Positions 14,553 through 28,389 of a stretch of DNA of 64,000 bases are shown in pieces. A program made the translations under genes and the position numbers. The stretch is from Eledone cirrhosa (taxonomy: Eukaryota), in assembly GCA_964016885.1 (NCBI GenBank), contig OZ024745.1:43462001-43526000 (forward strand), written 5' to 3'. Position 1 is the stretch's first letter. Every line of letters begins with the position of its first letter. The notes below the pieces were generated by a model. The model was not told the origin of the DNA. It worked only from the letters and a program-made list of their open reading frames with translations, and made no database searches.

Positions 14553-14794
14553 TTAACCCTTTTGATACCAACCTGCCTGAAATCGCCACTGGTTCTATGA
14601 AGCAAAGCCACCTACTTTAAAGGATTCCTATTTACATTAAAATCTTCAAACAATTAATTTTATATAAGAACTATGTGTTAAGTTTCTAACTTAGCAATGA
14701 AATAAATAATAATTTTAGTAAATCTGTCAAAATCCCTCATGAATTAATTAAAATACAATGTATTTCATTAGAAATATGGACATGAAAGGGTTAA
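14553..14794 (+). mobile_element. TTAA-flanked MITE, family B
   Basis: TTAA-CCCTTTTGATACC...CATGAAAGGG-TTAA. Related copies at about 25995-26226, 29365-29586(-), 32180-32421 and 33163-33399, with partial copies near 5560-5936, 11110-11340 and 30741-30900. Confidence 0.8.
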
Positions 14795-16101
14795 AAAGGC
14801 ATTAAGGGAAACGAAAATATTTTTATTTTTGCTGTAGAAGGGATGTGGTTATAGAATTTTATGTATTAGTTCAAGGTCAGATTTTTTAAATTTTCATTGA
14901 TACAGTGTGTGGAAAAGCTGACCCTTTGACAGACTGGTACAACTCATTTTTTCTAGTTGAATGAACTGGAACAATGTGAAATAAAGTGTCTTGCTCAAGT
15001 ATACAATGTGCTGCTGAGATTCAAATTTATAACCTCATGTTTATGAATCAAACATCCTAGCCACTAAGCCACATGCCTTCACAAGGTTTGGGATACAGAA
15101 ATAACTTAGAACACATTTGTTCATCATTAGTAAAAAAAACAACTTGACATGCAGGAACTGTACATACTATCTTATGCAATTGCAATGAAATCTATCAGAG
15201 TAACATTAAGCCCTTGTAATATCTATTTTTGTTCATTTTAATGTCTATTTGTCTATTTTCCCATTATAGTGTGACTTAGATTCACGAAACAGCTTTTTTG
15301 CTTTTACTGTTTTTATTTTTAAATCATTATCTATATATTCTTTCTTGTTTCCTTGGAGTATTTCTGTTTGTAAAACATTACACCTGAGGTATTTCTTAGA
15401 AATGAAAGTTTTATTATTAACATTTCTACCAATTATTGATTATTGTATTATTTCAGCTGTTGTGGCAAACTTCCATGTGCTATGTCCTTAGTTCAGCCTC
15501 TTTTATTACACTAGCTTTTTCTGTGTGAGATAAACATTTTATGAGTGACCACTTAAGTATTGTTCTCTGTTAACAGTAGTCAGATATTGAATTAGCTTAC
15601 ACCTGATAAAAAACATAAATTGACATTAAAAGCCAACTACATTAATTCTCACAAAGTGTTTTGCTTCTGCTGTGAATAAATGGACTATATTGAACTATGC
15701 TTCAGATAATATTGCTTTGAGAGCTGACTCAATGTTTGTCCTCTAAAAATGAGCTAAGAAGTTGTTGCACTCATTGAAATATCACCTGGTAATGATCTGT
15801 AAATATTGATACATATGCTGAAGGTCAGTGTTCTCCAAGAGCCATGAGTATGATTTATTGATGAAAATGCAGTATAGATAAAAAGACAAGGGATGAAGCA
15901 TGAATTTAATCAATATTTACAGAAGTAGATAAATCTAATTAGTATCTAATTAGTTACATTTTCTTCACTAGAAATAGTGATGTAGAAACAGTATCCAGAC
16001 TTGATTATCTAGCCTAAGTTTCCCTTAGAATTCTGTTTTATTCTATAAATATAATTTTGGTTTAATCTGCAACATTGTTTTTTCTATTTTATAATTTACA
16101 G

Positions 16102-16200
16102 GTAGTTGTTGGAGACAAAGTAATTTTAAACCCTGTCAATGCTGATCAGCCATTGCATGCCAGCAATTATAACCTGGTTGATAATGTTGCATGCAAGGAG
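16102..16200 (+). CDS. ITPR: IP3 receptor coding exon C
   Basis: tttacAG|...GAG|GTaaat, 99 nt. [33 protein letters not shown] vs ITPR1 [33 protein letters not shown]. Confidence 0.96.
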
Positions 16201-18795
16201 GTAAATATAATCTATTTCATGTCATAGAAATAAATCTCTTCTTTCTAAAATAAATGTGTAAATTTTAACTGCTTCAAAGCTGCTTAGTAGTTTGTTTAGT
16301 GCCATACAATATGTTGGTGTATAGGCATGTTTTTCTTTTTTATAACCTTTTCTTTCTAATCAGAATTCTACTAATATTAAATTAAATAAGTTTTGGAATT
16401 TGAAGCCTGTGTTATTAGTTGCTGCTATTTTAGTAAAAAGTTACTAACCCAGTAGATTTGTTATATTTGGTCATCAATTTTAACATCGGTAACCTCATGC
16501 TGTGTCCTCGTCAACTGGGTTCTCCTAAACACAATGGAACCCCCTGTGATCGAGGAACGTGAGGCCACCTGTGAGATGTGGAACCAGCTGAGACTTAGCT
16601 CAGTAGACAACCCCCCCCCCCTCCTTCTCCTCCTGTATTTTAACAGATATAAACATAAGAAATAAAACAAATACAAATAACATGCTATACTATAAGTTTC
16701 TCTCATTTTAAAGAATAAAGAATTTATTTTATCTATTTTCAAAAAGGAATATCTTTTGATAAATGTCTTTAAATAATTACCAAACATAATTCTTTCTATC
16801 TCTATTTTACATCATGGAGGCACATGGTCTTGTGGTAAGGGTATTGGACTTATGATCATAATGTCATGGGTTTAATTCCTAGACTGGATTTTGTCTGGTG
16901 TTCTTGAGTAAAACACTTCATTTCATTTTGCTCCAGTATATTCAGTTGAAAATGAGTACCAGCAATATCTGGTGATTTAACCCTGTGATGGATTGAGGGG
17001 GAAGTCTTGTACTCTGTTGCTTAATGCCATGGAAACCAGGATATACACTGGCCTGAGATACACTTTTGACTCTCACACTGTGTGAAGTGTTGATGCAGGT
17101 TAGATAAGAACAACACAAAATTGTATTGTTCTGTTATAATTGGAATTATTTGAGCACGTAAAGAACTTTTGAGCTGACCTTTACTTGCTCGCCATGAGAT
17201 TACAATGTTTCACTATATAAACTGATAAATGAAGGTATTCCTTGTACTGGCTGTGTGTAAATAAAGATACACAGCCCAAAACTTAACATTTCTTTTTAGA
17301 AAATGGAGAATGGTTTATGGAAATTAATACTACTACACCTGATGTTTATATAAGCATTTCTTTCTCTTAATAAATACTCTTACAAAATTTTAATTTGCTT
17401 AGGAATCTGATACTGCTTTATAATAAATATTATCTGTTATTTATACATGATACAACTTTAGTTTATTCCTCAAAGTTCATATATCTTACTTCTTCTTACT
17501 TAAAAAGTTCAGACTAGTTAAGAATAACACATCATTCAGATATAATTGCATATATGCACAAATACATAAAAACTTATTCATAAGAAATCCCAAATACTGC
17601 ATTGAACCCCAGCATTGAAAACACTCCAATTTTGACGTTTTGAAAATCTGGATTTTCATGTACTTTACTAAGATATTTTGTTCATGGTTTAGTGACATAT
17701 AGAACTTGTTGATTATAATCTGCAATTCTTTGTTTTACTTTTACCAAATAACTTTTATAACAAATTGCAAAATTTTACTTCTTTTGCCATTTGATAATCA
17801 CTTTAAATCAAGGTTATTTAAGGAGAGTGAAACTGGTAAAATTGATATACTTCATATACGTAAAACTAATATAATTACTACTTGACAGTTGGCTAGATAG
17901 TCACCATTTGCCAGTAAAGGAATGGATTTTTGTGATTATATTTATTACTATTATTTTCTAATGATACTTTTTCTTTATTTACTATCTTAACTAAGTATAA
18001 TTTATATGCTTTATCCAGAGATCAAATTACTTCTGTTTTTCCTAACTACTACTTTAATTCTCTTTTAGTTATCATCTATTTATATCTGTCTGACTGTGTG
18101 TCTTTCTGTCTGTGACTAAATCTCTACGACTCAATACATAGCTTGCCAAGTATGTTCAATGACAATCCCACTACTGCAAGTAAATCAGATTTAAACATTA
18201 GAAAAGCTAATCTTAAACCAATATTAGCAATGTTAATAAGTAATGAAGTTAATGATAGTTACAAATGGTATAACTATGATGCTGTAGCTGTTACTGATGG
18301 TGAAGGTTACATTAACAATGACAATGCTGCAACTACTAGTAATGATGATGATGGTGGTGACAATGATATTTATAATGACAACAATAGTGAGAGCATCACA
18401 TGATAATGAATAAATTATTTTGGTAAATAATTCCAACAAGCTTGCTAAACATTTTGTAAGCATCATTTAAAATCTTATCTACAATGCCAGTTGAGAAGAA
18501 GGGGACTTACAGAAGGCAGTGTAAACAATTCATAGACAGACTCACAAGGTTCTGGGTTCAATCTCATTGTGTGGCACCTTGTGCAAGAGTTTTCTACTAT
18601 AGCCTCAAAATGAGGAATAAAGTTAATAGGGACAGATGTGTATTTTAAAACTGTATCATTTTAACACTTTTCTTCTTTTATTCTGCTTTGATGAAGTGTG
18701 TAACACAAAATGCCAGGTCCTTCCCTTTCTTTTCATTTAGTGTAATTATTTTCATTTTTCTACATGACAGCTTTCCTAGTGCTGGTGATCTACAC

Positions 18796-19134
18796 CAGGG
18801 GTTTTCAACCTGGTCCATGTGGACCACTAGTGGTCCACAGGAAAATTCAGGTGGTCCACAGAAAATTTTCAATAGCAAATTCTTTTTTGATCCATGCATT
18901 TGACTTAAAGCGCTGTTCTTATTCTTCGCATAAGTACGACTTCAGCTGTTTATTTGCGTAGATTTTTAGGCACTGCGACATGATAATAGCATTTTCTAAT
19001 TCATTGAAAAAAAAACATCTACTGATGCTTATAAGTAGCAGTTCTATTACAAAAGATTTAAAAGTTTAGGTGGTCCACAGGAAAAAATTACTTATTTTGG
19101 TGGTCCACAGCGAAAAAAAGGTTGAGAACCCCTG
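18796..19134. mobile_element. hAT MITE
   Basis: TIRs CAGGGGTTTTCAACC...GGTTGAGAACCCCTG, exact 8-bp TSD ATCTACAC (18788-18795 and 19135-19142), and subterminal GTGGTCCACAG repeats. Confidence 0.92.
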
Positions 19135-19587
19135 ATCTACACAATAAAAACACCCAGTACACACAGTAAAGTGGTTGGTGTTAGGAAGGGCATCCAGCCA
19201 TTGAAAGTTTGCTTAACAAGGGGTTAGGAGGACCCTTCAGTTTGTGTCAAAAGACATGACAACTTCTCCTCTGCACTCAATATGACCATATGTAAGAGGG
19301 ATACAGACCCCACAGCCTGTCTGGAAGGTCAGTAGCCCCACTTCAGTACTGATTTGGTCTATGTAGACCTGTCCAACCCTTGCTAGCAGGGAGAGTGGAC
19401 ATTAAATGATGATGATGATATTTTGTCCACTACCGTGTTTTATTTTGTCACTTTTTGTTTACCTTGTTTAATCCCCAACCTCATTCAACTGTCTCCTTCC
19501 TCTTTCACCTTATTTTATTTTTGCCATTTTTTTTTACCTATGTATATATATTTATGTGAGTGTATGTATATGTAAGCATGTATATAT

Positions 19588-19930
19588 CATCATCACCACC
19601 ATTTTATGTCCATTCTTCCATGCTGGCATGGGTTAGACAGGTTGTCCTGTTGTGGCCAATGCCAGGTCAGGTGGCCATGTCTTGCTCATACAGAACTAAT
19701 TTTGGCTTGACTTCTACAGCTGGATGCTCTTCCTAACACCAACCTCATTTACAGTGAGTACTGGGTGCTTTTTTACCGTGGCGCCTACACGATCACTTTA
19801 CAGTGTGGACTGGGGGATTTTTGTCGTGACACCTACACGACCACTTTACAGTGGGAGGGGATGGGGGCATACTGTCTATATGCTTCAGCTTCAGCTTGTA
19901 CCCATGGGAAGTTGGGTTTTCTGTATTACT
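19588..19930 (-). mobile_element. RTE LINE 3' UTR copy (5'-truncated)
   Basis: Reverse complement of about 59320-59665, with a (CAT)n tail. Older copies at about 8455-8710, 13600-13960, 19140-19420, 24340-24680 and 37270-37500. Confidence 0.85.
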
Positions 19931-20411
19931 ATGTAACGCCAGAGGTCTCAGTCCTTGGCTTTGTGGTTTAGAGCATTGGGCTTGTAATCGTGAGTTTCTC
20001 AGTTTGATTCCTGGACCGGATGATGTGTTGTGTCCTTGAGCAAGGCACTTTATTTCATGTTACTCCAGTTCACTCAGCTCTAGAAATGTGTTGTGACATC
20101 ACTGGTGCTAAGTTGTATTGGCTATTGTCTTTCCCTTGGACAACATCAGTGGTGTGGAGAAGGGAGACTGGTATGCATGGGCAACTGCATAGTTAGCTCA
20201 GCATTGGTCCATTGTGCCACCACATAGTTAGCTCAATATAGGCCCCTTGTGCCTCTACATAATTAGTTCGGAGTAGACTCCTTGTGCCACCACATAATTA
20301 GCTCAGCACAGACCATTTTGTGCTTCCAAAGCATTCCAAAGCATGTTTGGAATGCTTCTTCTAGAATGGTTTTGAACTCTGCTGGTCTCAGGTCACATGA
20401 TGTCCTCTTAT

Positions 20412-20600
20412 GGCGGTGGATTGGCAGTATTGGTAGAGGTTTGGACGCCATTCTTTGCAGCAAAGAGTTATGGCCCTTTATGGTCTGAGTTCAAATCCCG
20501 CCAAGGTTAACTTTGCCTTTCATCCTTACAGGGTCGATAAAATAAAGTACCAGTAATGTACTGGGTATTTGCTGGCCTTTTGCCAAAAGTAGAAACAATT
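20412..20600 (+). mobile_element. tRNA-derived SINE, family 1
   Basis: A box TGGCAGTATTGGTAG, B box GAGTTCAAATCCC, core GCCTTTCATCCTTACAGGGTCGATAAAATAAAGTACCAG (resembles the Deu/Nin central domain) and an (ATT)n-like tail. More than 15 copies in the window. Confidence 0.88.
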
Positions 20601-22217
20601 ATTTATTTATATTAAATTGCTTCACCTCATCTCACATTGGCTAAATATAACTTTATCACAAACTTAAGATGTGAAAGTGTGATAAAAATAAAATAAACTA
20701 TAAAAACAAAACAAAAATCCTCTATGCATGTTTGTTTGTTTTTTCTGTATCTATTTTATGTGGTTTATTATGAAGTAATGAGAGGTAGGCCATTCACATA
20801 GCATTTAATCTTTGTAACTGAAATTGGATCCAGCAGTCAGGACAGTCATAAAAACTGTGTAACTAATTATATAGCTAAAGGGTAGGGAGAGACTTGTTAA
20901 AGTATGTCACACATTATACTATAAATGTTAAAAGATTGATTATGGAGGGAGAAAAGAGACAGTATGTGCCTATTAAACATGTGCCATTCTCTATGATTGG
21001 CATGCTCTTAAAACAATGAAATTGTTTTAAGGTTTTATATATTTTCACTATGTGAAAATATATTTTTTTAAATCTTGGAACATGAATATATATAGTTTAT
21101 CATTATAATAGGTATCCCATTAACTACAATGCTATTTATTCATGGCAATATACTGTTTACATAGGCAAAGATTCTGGTTAACCAGTTTTCCTAATTTCAC
21201 TTCAATTTACATATTTATTCATATATTTTCTGTTTTTCTTGTTTCTGAGCTTCTCTTTCTCACCAGCTGTTTTTTTTCAAAAAGATCTGTACGCACACAT
21301 ACACACAAATGCACGCACATGTACCCACGTGTACTGGGTGGGTACTCCTTAGGTTCTCATGACAAGTGTTACAGTTGTTTTTTTTATCAATGGGTCAGAC
21401 TACTCATGAAATTAATGTGTAAGTTACTGAGCATTCTATGGACATGTGTACTGTTAATGCAGTTCTGAAGAAGATTCAGTATAACTCAGTGTGTGACAAG
21501 GCTGGCCATTGGAACTGCAGGTTCAAATCAGCTTTGCCAGCTGGGTGGACAAGAGCATCATGAAATAGAGGTCCTTGCTCAAGGATACAAGGCTCTACTG
21601 GGAATCAAAATCAAACCATATGATCATGAGCCAAACACCCTTTCCACTAAGCCATGTGCTTTCAAAACACACACAAACCATTAAGCCACACACCATCACA
21701 CATACACTAGCACACATACACATACACACACACTACTCTCACATACACCACATCACATACACACACCACATCACACCATATATGCCATTAAGCCACACAC
21801 ACACCCTCTCTCTCTCGCTCTCTAGTTCTCTCTCTCACGCACACACACACAAAACCCTAAGTTTATTCTTTTTTGACCATCTGTGTAGTTAGTTGCCACA
21901 AGGCAGCTCACTTCCAGCTCACTTCCTTCCATGTCTCAGGAAGAAACATGTCATTAACTGTTAACATCCTGCCATGATTTAGCAGAAAATGATTAAAAAC
22001 AAAATTGTTATCTTTAATAGTGGACAGATTGTTGTGGACATTTTCAGTAAATAAAATTTGAAACTTTAAATTTTAATGTGATGCAGTCATAATGTTGTTT
22101 TGTATTTTTCAAGAATATCTTGTTAATGTGGTTTCATGTGGTACAGGATAGTAAGAGTTAAATTCTAGGAATTATATATATATATATACAACAGTTAGTT
22201 CACCATATATATATATA

Positions 22218-22565
22218 TCATCATCATCATCATCATCAACGTCATTACGTCCACTTTTCCCTGCTTGCAAGAGTGGGACGGGAACTGATTCTGGCTTGAT
22301 TTCTACAGCTGGAAGCCCTTCCTAACACCAACCTCATTTACAGTGAGTGCTGGGTGCGTTTTTGCCGTGGCACCTCCACAACCACTTTGCAGTGGAATGA
22401 TATGGACCCCAGTCCCTATCATCGCATTTCTACAGCTGAGTAAACTGGAGCAATGTGAAATAAAGTGTCTTGCTCAAGGAAACAACACATCACCCGGTCT
22501 GAGAATTGAACTCACAATCTATCGATTGCAAGGCTAATGCTCTAACCACTAAACCATGTGCCTCC
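22218..22565 (-). mobile_element. tRNA-derived SINE, family 2, with RTE-derived 3' tail
   Basis: Reverse complement of 54909-55225, with a (CAT)n tail at about 22218-22237. Confidence 0.88.
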
Positions 22566-22690
22566 TATATATATATATTCAGTTTTGTATGAGCAAGACA
22601 TGATCAGTGGACCTCGACTTGCCTCAAATAAGACAACCCATCTAATCCATGATAGCATGGAAAATGGACATTAAATGGTGATGATGATGA

Positions 22691-22764
<74 letters not shown>

Positions 22765-22931
22765 CAGGATGGGTTCAGTTTGAAACTGGCTAGACTATTA
22801 CTCAACAGATTACTCAATATTTGGGATAGTAGAGTATGGTTATATTATAAAGAGTTGGGACCCCGACGACTGGAACTAGCTGTTGAAACGGCAAGAGCTC
22901 AGCTGTCGGGGTCCCGACTCTTCATATTATA

Positions 22932-22981
<50 letters not shown>

Positions 22982-22984
<3 letters not shown>

Positions 22985-23756
22985 AAAAAATTAGAAATAA
23001 GAGGGATCAGATGTTGTTTACTCGAGAGAAGGCTACGTTGGTACGGTCACGTGATGCGCATGAAAGACGACAGCTGTATAACAAAGTGCAGGGCAATAAA
23101 GATAGATGGTAGCCACGGAGTAGGCAGACCCAGAAAAACATGGGACGAGCTGATAAATTCCGACCTCACACGCTTACACCTCTCCAAGACAATGTCACTG
23201 GACCGAGACCTTTGGCGGTACTCAGTAATAGAGAAGACCCGCCTTACCTAAATACAAAGTAAAAACCTACTACAGTCAGTAGGCATCTCTATCAAAACAC
23301 CCCTCCGTCCCACCACCTCCACCCCATCCACACCGCCCCTTTCAATGTACAGTTATGTTGGTCCCACAACATCCAGGCCGAAACAAATGAGATCGTGTAG
23401 GTGTCACGACAAAAAAAACACACAGTCCACGCTGTAAATGTGGCCGTGTAGGCAACACGGTAAAAACCTCCCAGCCCCACACTGTAAATGTGGTTGGTGT
23501 TAGGAAGGGCATCCAGCTGTAGAAAACCCGCCAGACAGTCCACGCTGTAATGTGGCCGTGTAGGCAACACGGTAAAAACCTCCCAGCCCCACACTGTAAA
23601 TGTGGTTGGTGTTAGGAAGGGCATCCAACTGTAGAAAACCCGCCAGACAGTCCTATGCGAGCAAGACAACCACTCTTGCCTCAAGTGGGAAAACCCCCGT
23701 CCAAACCCATGCAAGCGTGGAACACGGACGCTAAACCTGATGATGATGATGATGAT
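22982..23756 (+). mobile_element. 5'-truncated RTE LINE (ORF C-terminus plus 3' UTR)
   Basis: Translates IRGIRCCLLERRLRWYGHVMRMKDDSCITKC...GRPRKTWDELI, homologous to the end of ORF 56243-59362. The 3' UTR has an internal duplication and a (GAT)n tail. Confidence 0.93.
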
Positions 23757-26449
23757 ATATATATATATGTATAAATCTTACCCTGTACTCATAAAAGGAG
23801 TAATAAATATGTGTAAACTTTGTAATCATAATAATTGATAATCTTAATAACAATGTTAGTATGTCGACTAGTACCTTATTTTATCCTCTCTGGAAGTTGA
23901 TCTTGGTGGAATTTGAATTCAGAACAAAAGTCCTGGAAAAATTACTGCATAATATTTTTTCTGATGTCCTAATGATTCTGCCAGTCTAGATTAAATGTTT
24001 CATCTTCCTCAGTACAAACCAATATATTTCACATTTCTACTGTTTGTACTCACAAATTGCTTACTTGCTTCACTTTTATGATGTCAAATCATTAATAATA
24101 TCTAAAATAGTGAAAAAATTTACAGAAATTTTATATATTTTAATAATTTGGGGGCAGAGAAATATATAAATCAATCGTAGTATATGACAGGCACTTATTT
24201 TATTAACCATACGCAATGGTAAGTTGCCAACAGTCTTGCTTAGCTTTTCAAATTTTAAGAAGCAGCTCCCTAAACTACCACAATTTTAATAATAATGTTC
24301 TGTATGAAAAAAAATCAGAATGAAATATTGCTGCTTCATGATCATCATCATAAATCATTTTTCTCTGTTAGCAAGGGTTGGATGGGTCATCACAGACCAA
24401 GTCAGTACTTAATTGAAGTCCATGACTTCTCAGACAACCAGAGGCCACATCTCACTTTACCTATGCTCCCACACTCTACTGAGTGCACCAAGTGCATTTC
24501 ATCATGGCACCAGTACTAAAGAGGTTGTCAAGTCTTTGGCACAATGGACGAGACCTCTCTTCCATTTTTTGCATAGTTTCTAAAGCTGGATGCCCTGGCT
24601 ATCATTAACCACTTTAAAGGGTGTAGTGTGTGCATTTTACTGTTACCAATACTATAGAGGTTGTTATGCTCTTAACACAACTAAAAATTCCTCTCAATCC
24701 TTTTTTTTTTTATTCATTAATATCAAAATTGTGTAAAATCAAAGAATTCACCTAGTGTTCAATATATAGTTTAGATGATTGATACAGTTGGTTTGCAGTG
24801 AGAATTGTAGGATGTAATGTTTTGGAGATATTTACTCAAATTATTAATCATTTCATTAGGATGGTATTTGTAACATAACTTAATGAAGTAAAAATATATA
24901 TTGGAAAGTTTAAACTGAAATAAGAATCCTTTAAAATGGGTAATTTTATTTGATAGATCCAAAGACAGGTTTTGGGTTTGTTGGGATCAAAAGAGTTAAT
25001 GTATTGCAAGTAGAAGATGGAAGAGGAAGGTAGATAGATACAATATATCAAATATCTACAAATAGTTTTACTGTCACATTGATAGGTTAAATATTTGTAA
25101 GGATGGAGGACGGGGATGATGATATAGGGATGGAAACAGTGTCAGAAGGAGTGGGGGACACACACAATTATAATTGTTTCTACTATTGGCACAAGGCCAG
25201 CAATTATAACAATGCATTACTGGTACTTTATTTTATTGACCCCATAAGGATCAAAGGCTAAGTTAACCTCAGGATTTGAGCTCAGACCATAAAGGGGCGT
25301 AACTCTATGCTGGAAGGCATGGAGTCCAACCCTCTACTGATACTGCCAATTCACCACCCTTACACAGTTTTAATGAATTACAATCACATATACTCACAAC
25401 CATTCTTAGCTTTGCCTTTCATCCTTACGGGATCAATAAAATAAAGTAGCAGTAATGTACTGGGGTTGATTTAATTAACTTTTTCTTTCCCAAAAAATTG
25501 TTGGCCTTGTGCCTAAATCTGAAATACATGATAAATATAAACTTTCATATATATATTTCTTTACTGTCAAATAAACTTTACAAACCTTCTGAAATGTTAG
25601 CATTCTTATCGTATAGCTGGTTAAACTTGAAGATTGATTTTAAAATAGAAAATTTGACAAGCTATCAAAACACTGATTAACTTTCATTTCAAAACACAAC
25701 ACATAAGTTTCAATGGAATTTCTACAGTGCATGTGTGTATCCCCATTTTTAGAATAGGTACACCATATCCCTGCATGTTGTAAGAGGTGACACAAAGAGT
25801 TGGCATCAGGAAGGGAATTCAGCTGTAAAACATTGTCTCATAACATCTCTTGAAACCCATATCAGCATGGAAAAGTGGAATTAAAAGCGATGTTTATGAT
25901 GATGATTTTGGAGATTTAGAGATATTAGAGTCAGGGAACCCTTAAAAGATGTATGATATTGTCCTTTCAAACAAGGAACACGAGCTGTTTTCTTTTAGCC
26001 TCTTTGATACCAAATTGCTACTACCCCAGGTTCTATGATGCAAAACTTTGTTTTAAAGTGTTTTTATTTATCTGAAAACCTTCCATCACGGTTTTAAGTA
26101 AGAACCTTTGATAAATTATGAACAAGATATATTATTAAATTCCTCAAAATTCTTGATTATTTTCAAAAATTCTTTGAAAATCATTGGCCAATGTCTTTCA
26201 TTAGAAATGTAGTAATGAAAGGGTTAAATAATTTCCTCCTTTATAATTCCATTAAATACAAAAACTGTTGGTGTTTTATTTTTGCTTCAACTCTTGCTGA
26301 ATGCCAAGATATTAAGATACTTAACAGTATTATCATTAATAATGCTCTTAACATTTATATTTAACATTGATTATCTGAAAAATATTGGGAGACTATTGTC
26401 TGTGAATTTAAAATTTCATTCTAAAGGATTCAATTATATTTTCAACAGC

Positions 26450-27165
26450 ACACACACAATGCTCATACACATATATACATATATGCACACACACATACAC
26501 ACACATATATATGTACATATATACACATATACATGCATACAGAGAGAGACACTCACCACAAACACACATCCACTAACATATATTCAGTTGTATTTACAAC
26601 ATATACACCATGCCCATACACACACATGCACACACACACACACACACACACACACTCAGTTGTATTTAAAACAAAATACACGTACACAATAATAAATACA
26701 CACACATATGCACACACACAATTATACCATAAACACACCCTCAGTCATATATTCAGTTATATTTAAAATAACATATACACCATACCTATACATTCATACA
26801 CAGGTCTACACACATACATATATTAAGTTGTATTTAAAAAGACCCTCACATACACAATACATGCATACACATGTATGCAGACATACACATACACACAGTC
26901 TTATATTGAGTTGCATTGAAAACAACACATACACTATACCCATATGCACAAATGCATACACATACGTATATACACACAAGTACACACTCACACACACTCA
27001 CACTAATGCACACCCATAGACATATTCAGTTGTATCTAAAACAACAAACACATGCACATTACGCATATACACACATATATGCATGCTCACACACACACCA
27101 TAAACAAACATGCACAGGCACATATGTGTGTATGTGTGTTATTGTGTGTGTATGCATGTGTGTGT
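26450..27165. repeat. Compound (CA)-rich minisatellite
   Basis: (CA/TA) tracts punctuated by a recurring TCAGTTGTATTTAAAA-like motif at about 26581, 26656, 26749, 26821, 26903 and 27023. Confidence 0.8.
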
Positions 27166-28389
27166 AGCCAGATTTGCCAAAATTATCCCACCCATGCTAA
27201 TATGGGGGAAAAAAAATTGTATGTCATCTGTTTTATCTAAGAATGGATGCAACATGTTATGATAATGAGAAATACTGGGTGAAGAAGATAGCGTCGACAG
27301 CGATGTTAAGGTTCAGCAATCAGCATGTTCTTCCAATTCTCACTTTACTGCAGTATTGATTTTTTTTGTTCCTGTTCTGAAAAATGTGGTATTATTTCCA
27401 AGTCTGTCTTTCAAAGCTTTCATGTTTACAGAGATTGCTATTTCAAAGAAATATATTTCTAAATTTTGATCTGTCATTTGTGGCAAACCATTGTTCATTC
27501 ATGCTATCAGCTAATTACAGTACTGAGTTTAAATTAATTACTAAGTCAAGTATCCATTTGTAGTTCAACAAAGTTATTGAAAGAAAGATTCCTCTAATTC
27601 GTTCACATGAAATATCCTAATTTGTTTCAAAGTTGTCTGAAGAAGGATTTTTTCAAAAATATATTCCAAATGAAAGGTTAATGGAATTTTGAGAAGAAGT
27701 ATTTTTTCATGTTTTTGAATGTTCTTGAACATATGAAATGGCCGAACTCTTTAGTTTTGTGTTCAATTCCACTGCTGGTACACTAAAAGCACTAACTTAG
27801 GCATTTTACCTTAAAAATGCACATATTTTATACATTTGTGTACACACACACACACATATATATATATTTGTATATATATATATATTTATTAAAATACCAG
27901 ATTAAAGTTTAAGCAAAGAATCGCTGCTTTCACCCTTAACGAGATCTTAAGGGTGAAAGCAGCAATTATTTGCTTAAACTTTAATCTGTTATTTTAATAA
28001 ATATTTGCTCTAGGGTTCTTATATATTTGATATATATTTATCCTTATCGAGCTCTCTTTGGATTTTAGTCTTCACATTTATTATTATTACTATATATGTA
28101 TATATGTATATATATTTGACTTTCCTGACGACTTCTTACAAATGAAACAGTTCTAGTCAGAATAGGTTTTTTTTTAATATATCCCATATGGATAAAAATA
28201 TAGGAAAACAAAGTTAAAAATGCAATTGGTGGCTTTAAGAAGATTTATTTGCAATAACTTTAAGTGATATGGAGTGGTGTGCCGTGGTGTGCCACATATT
28301 TCTCCATATCACTTAACTTTTGAAAATCATGAAATTGGTAAAGTTATTGCAAATAAATCCTCTTCAAAACTCCCAATTGCATTTTCAAC

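Noticed and set aside
26282-27240. His/Thr- and Cys/Val-rich ORFs
   Set aside because: They derive from (CA)n/(TG)n microsatellite sequence.
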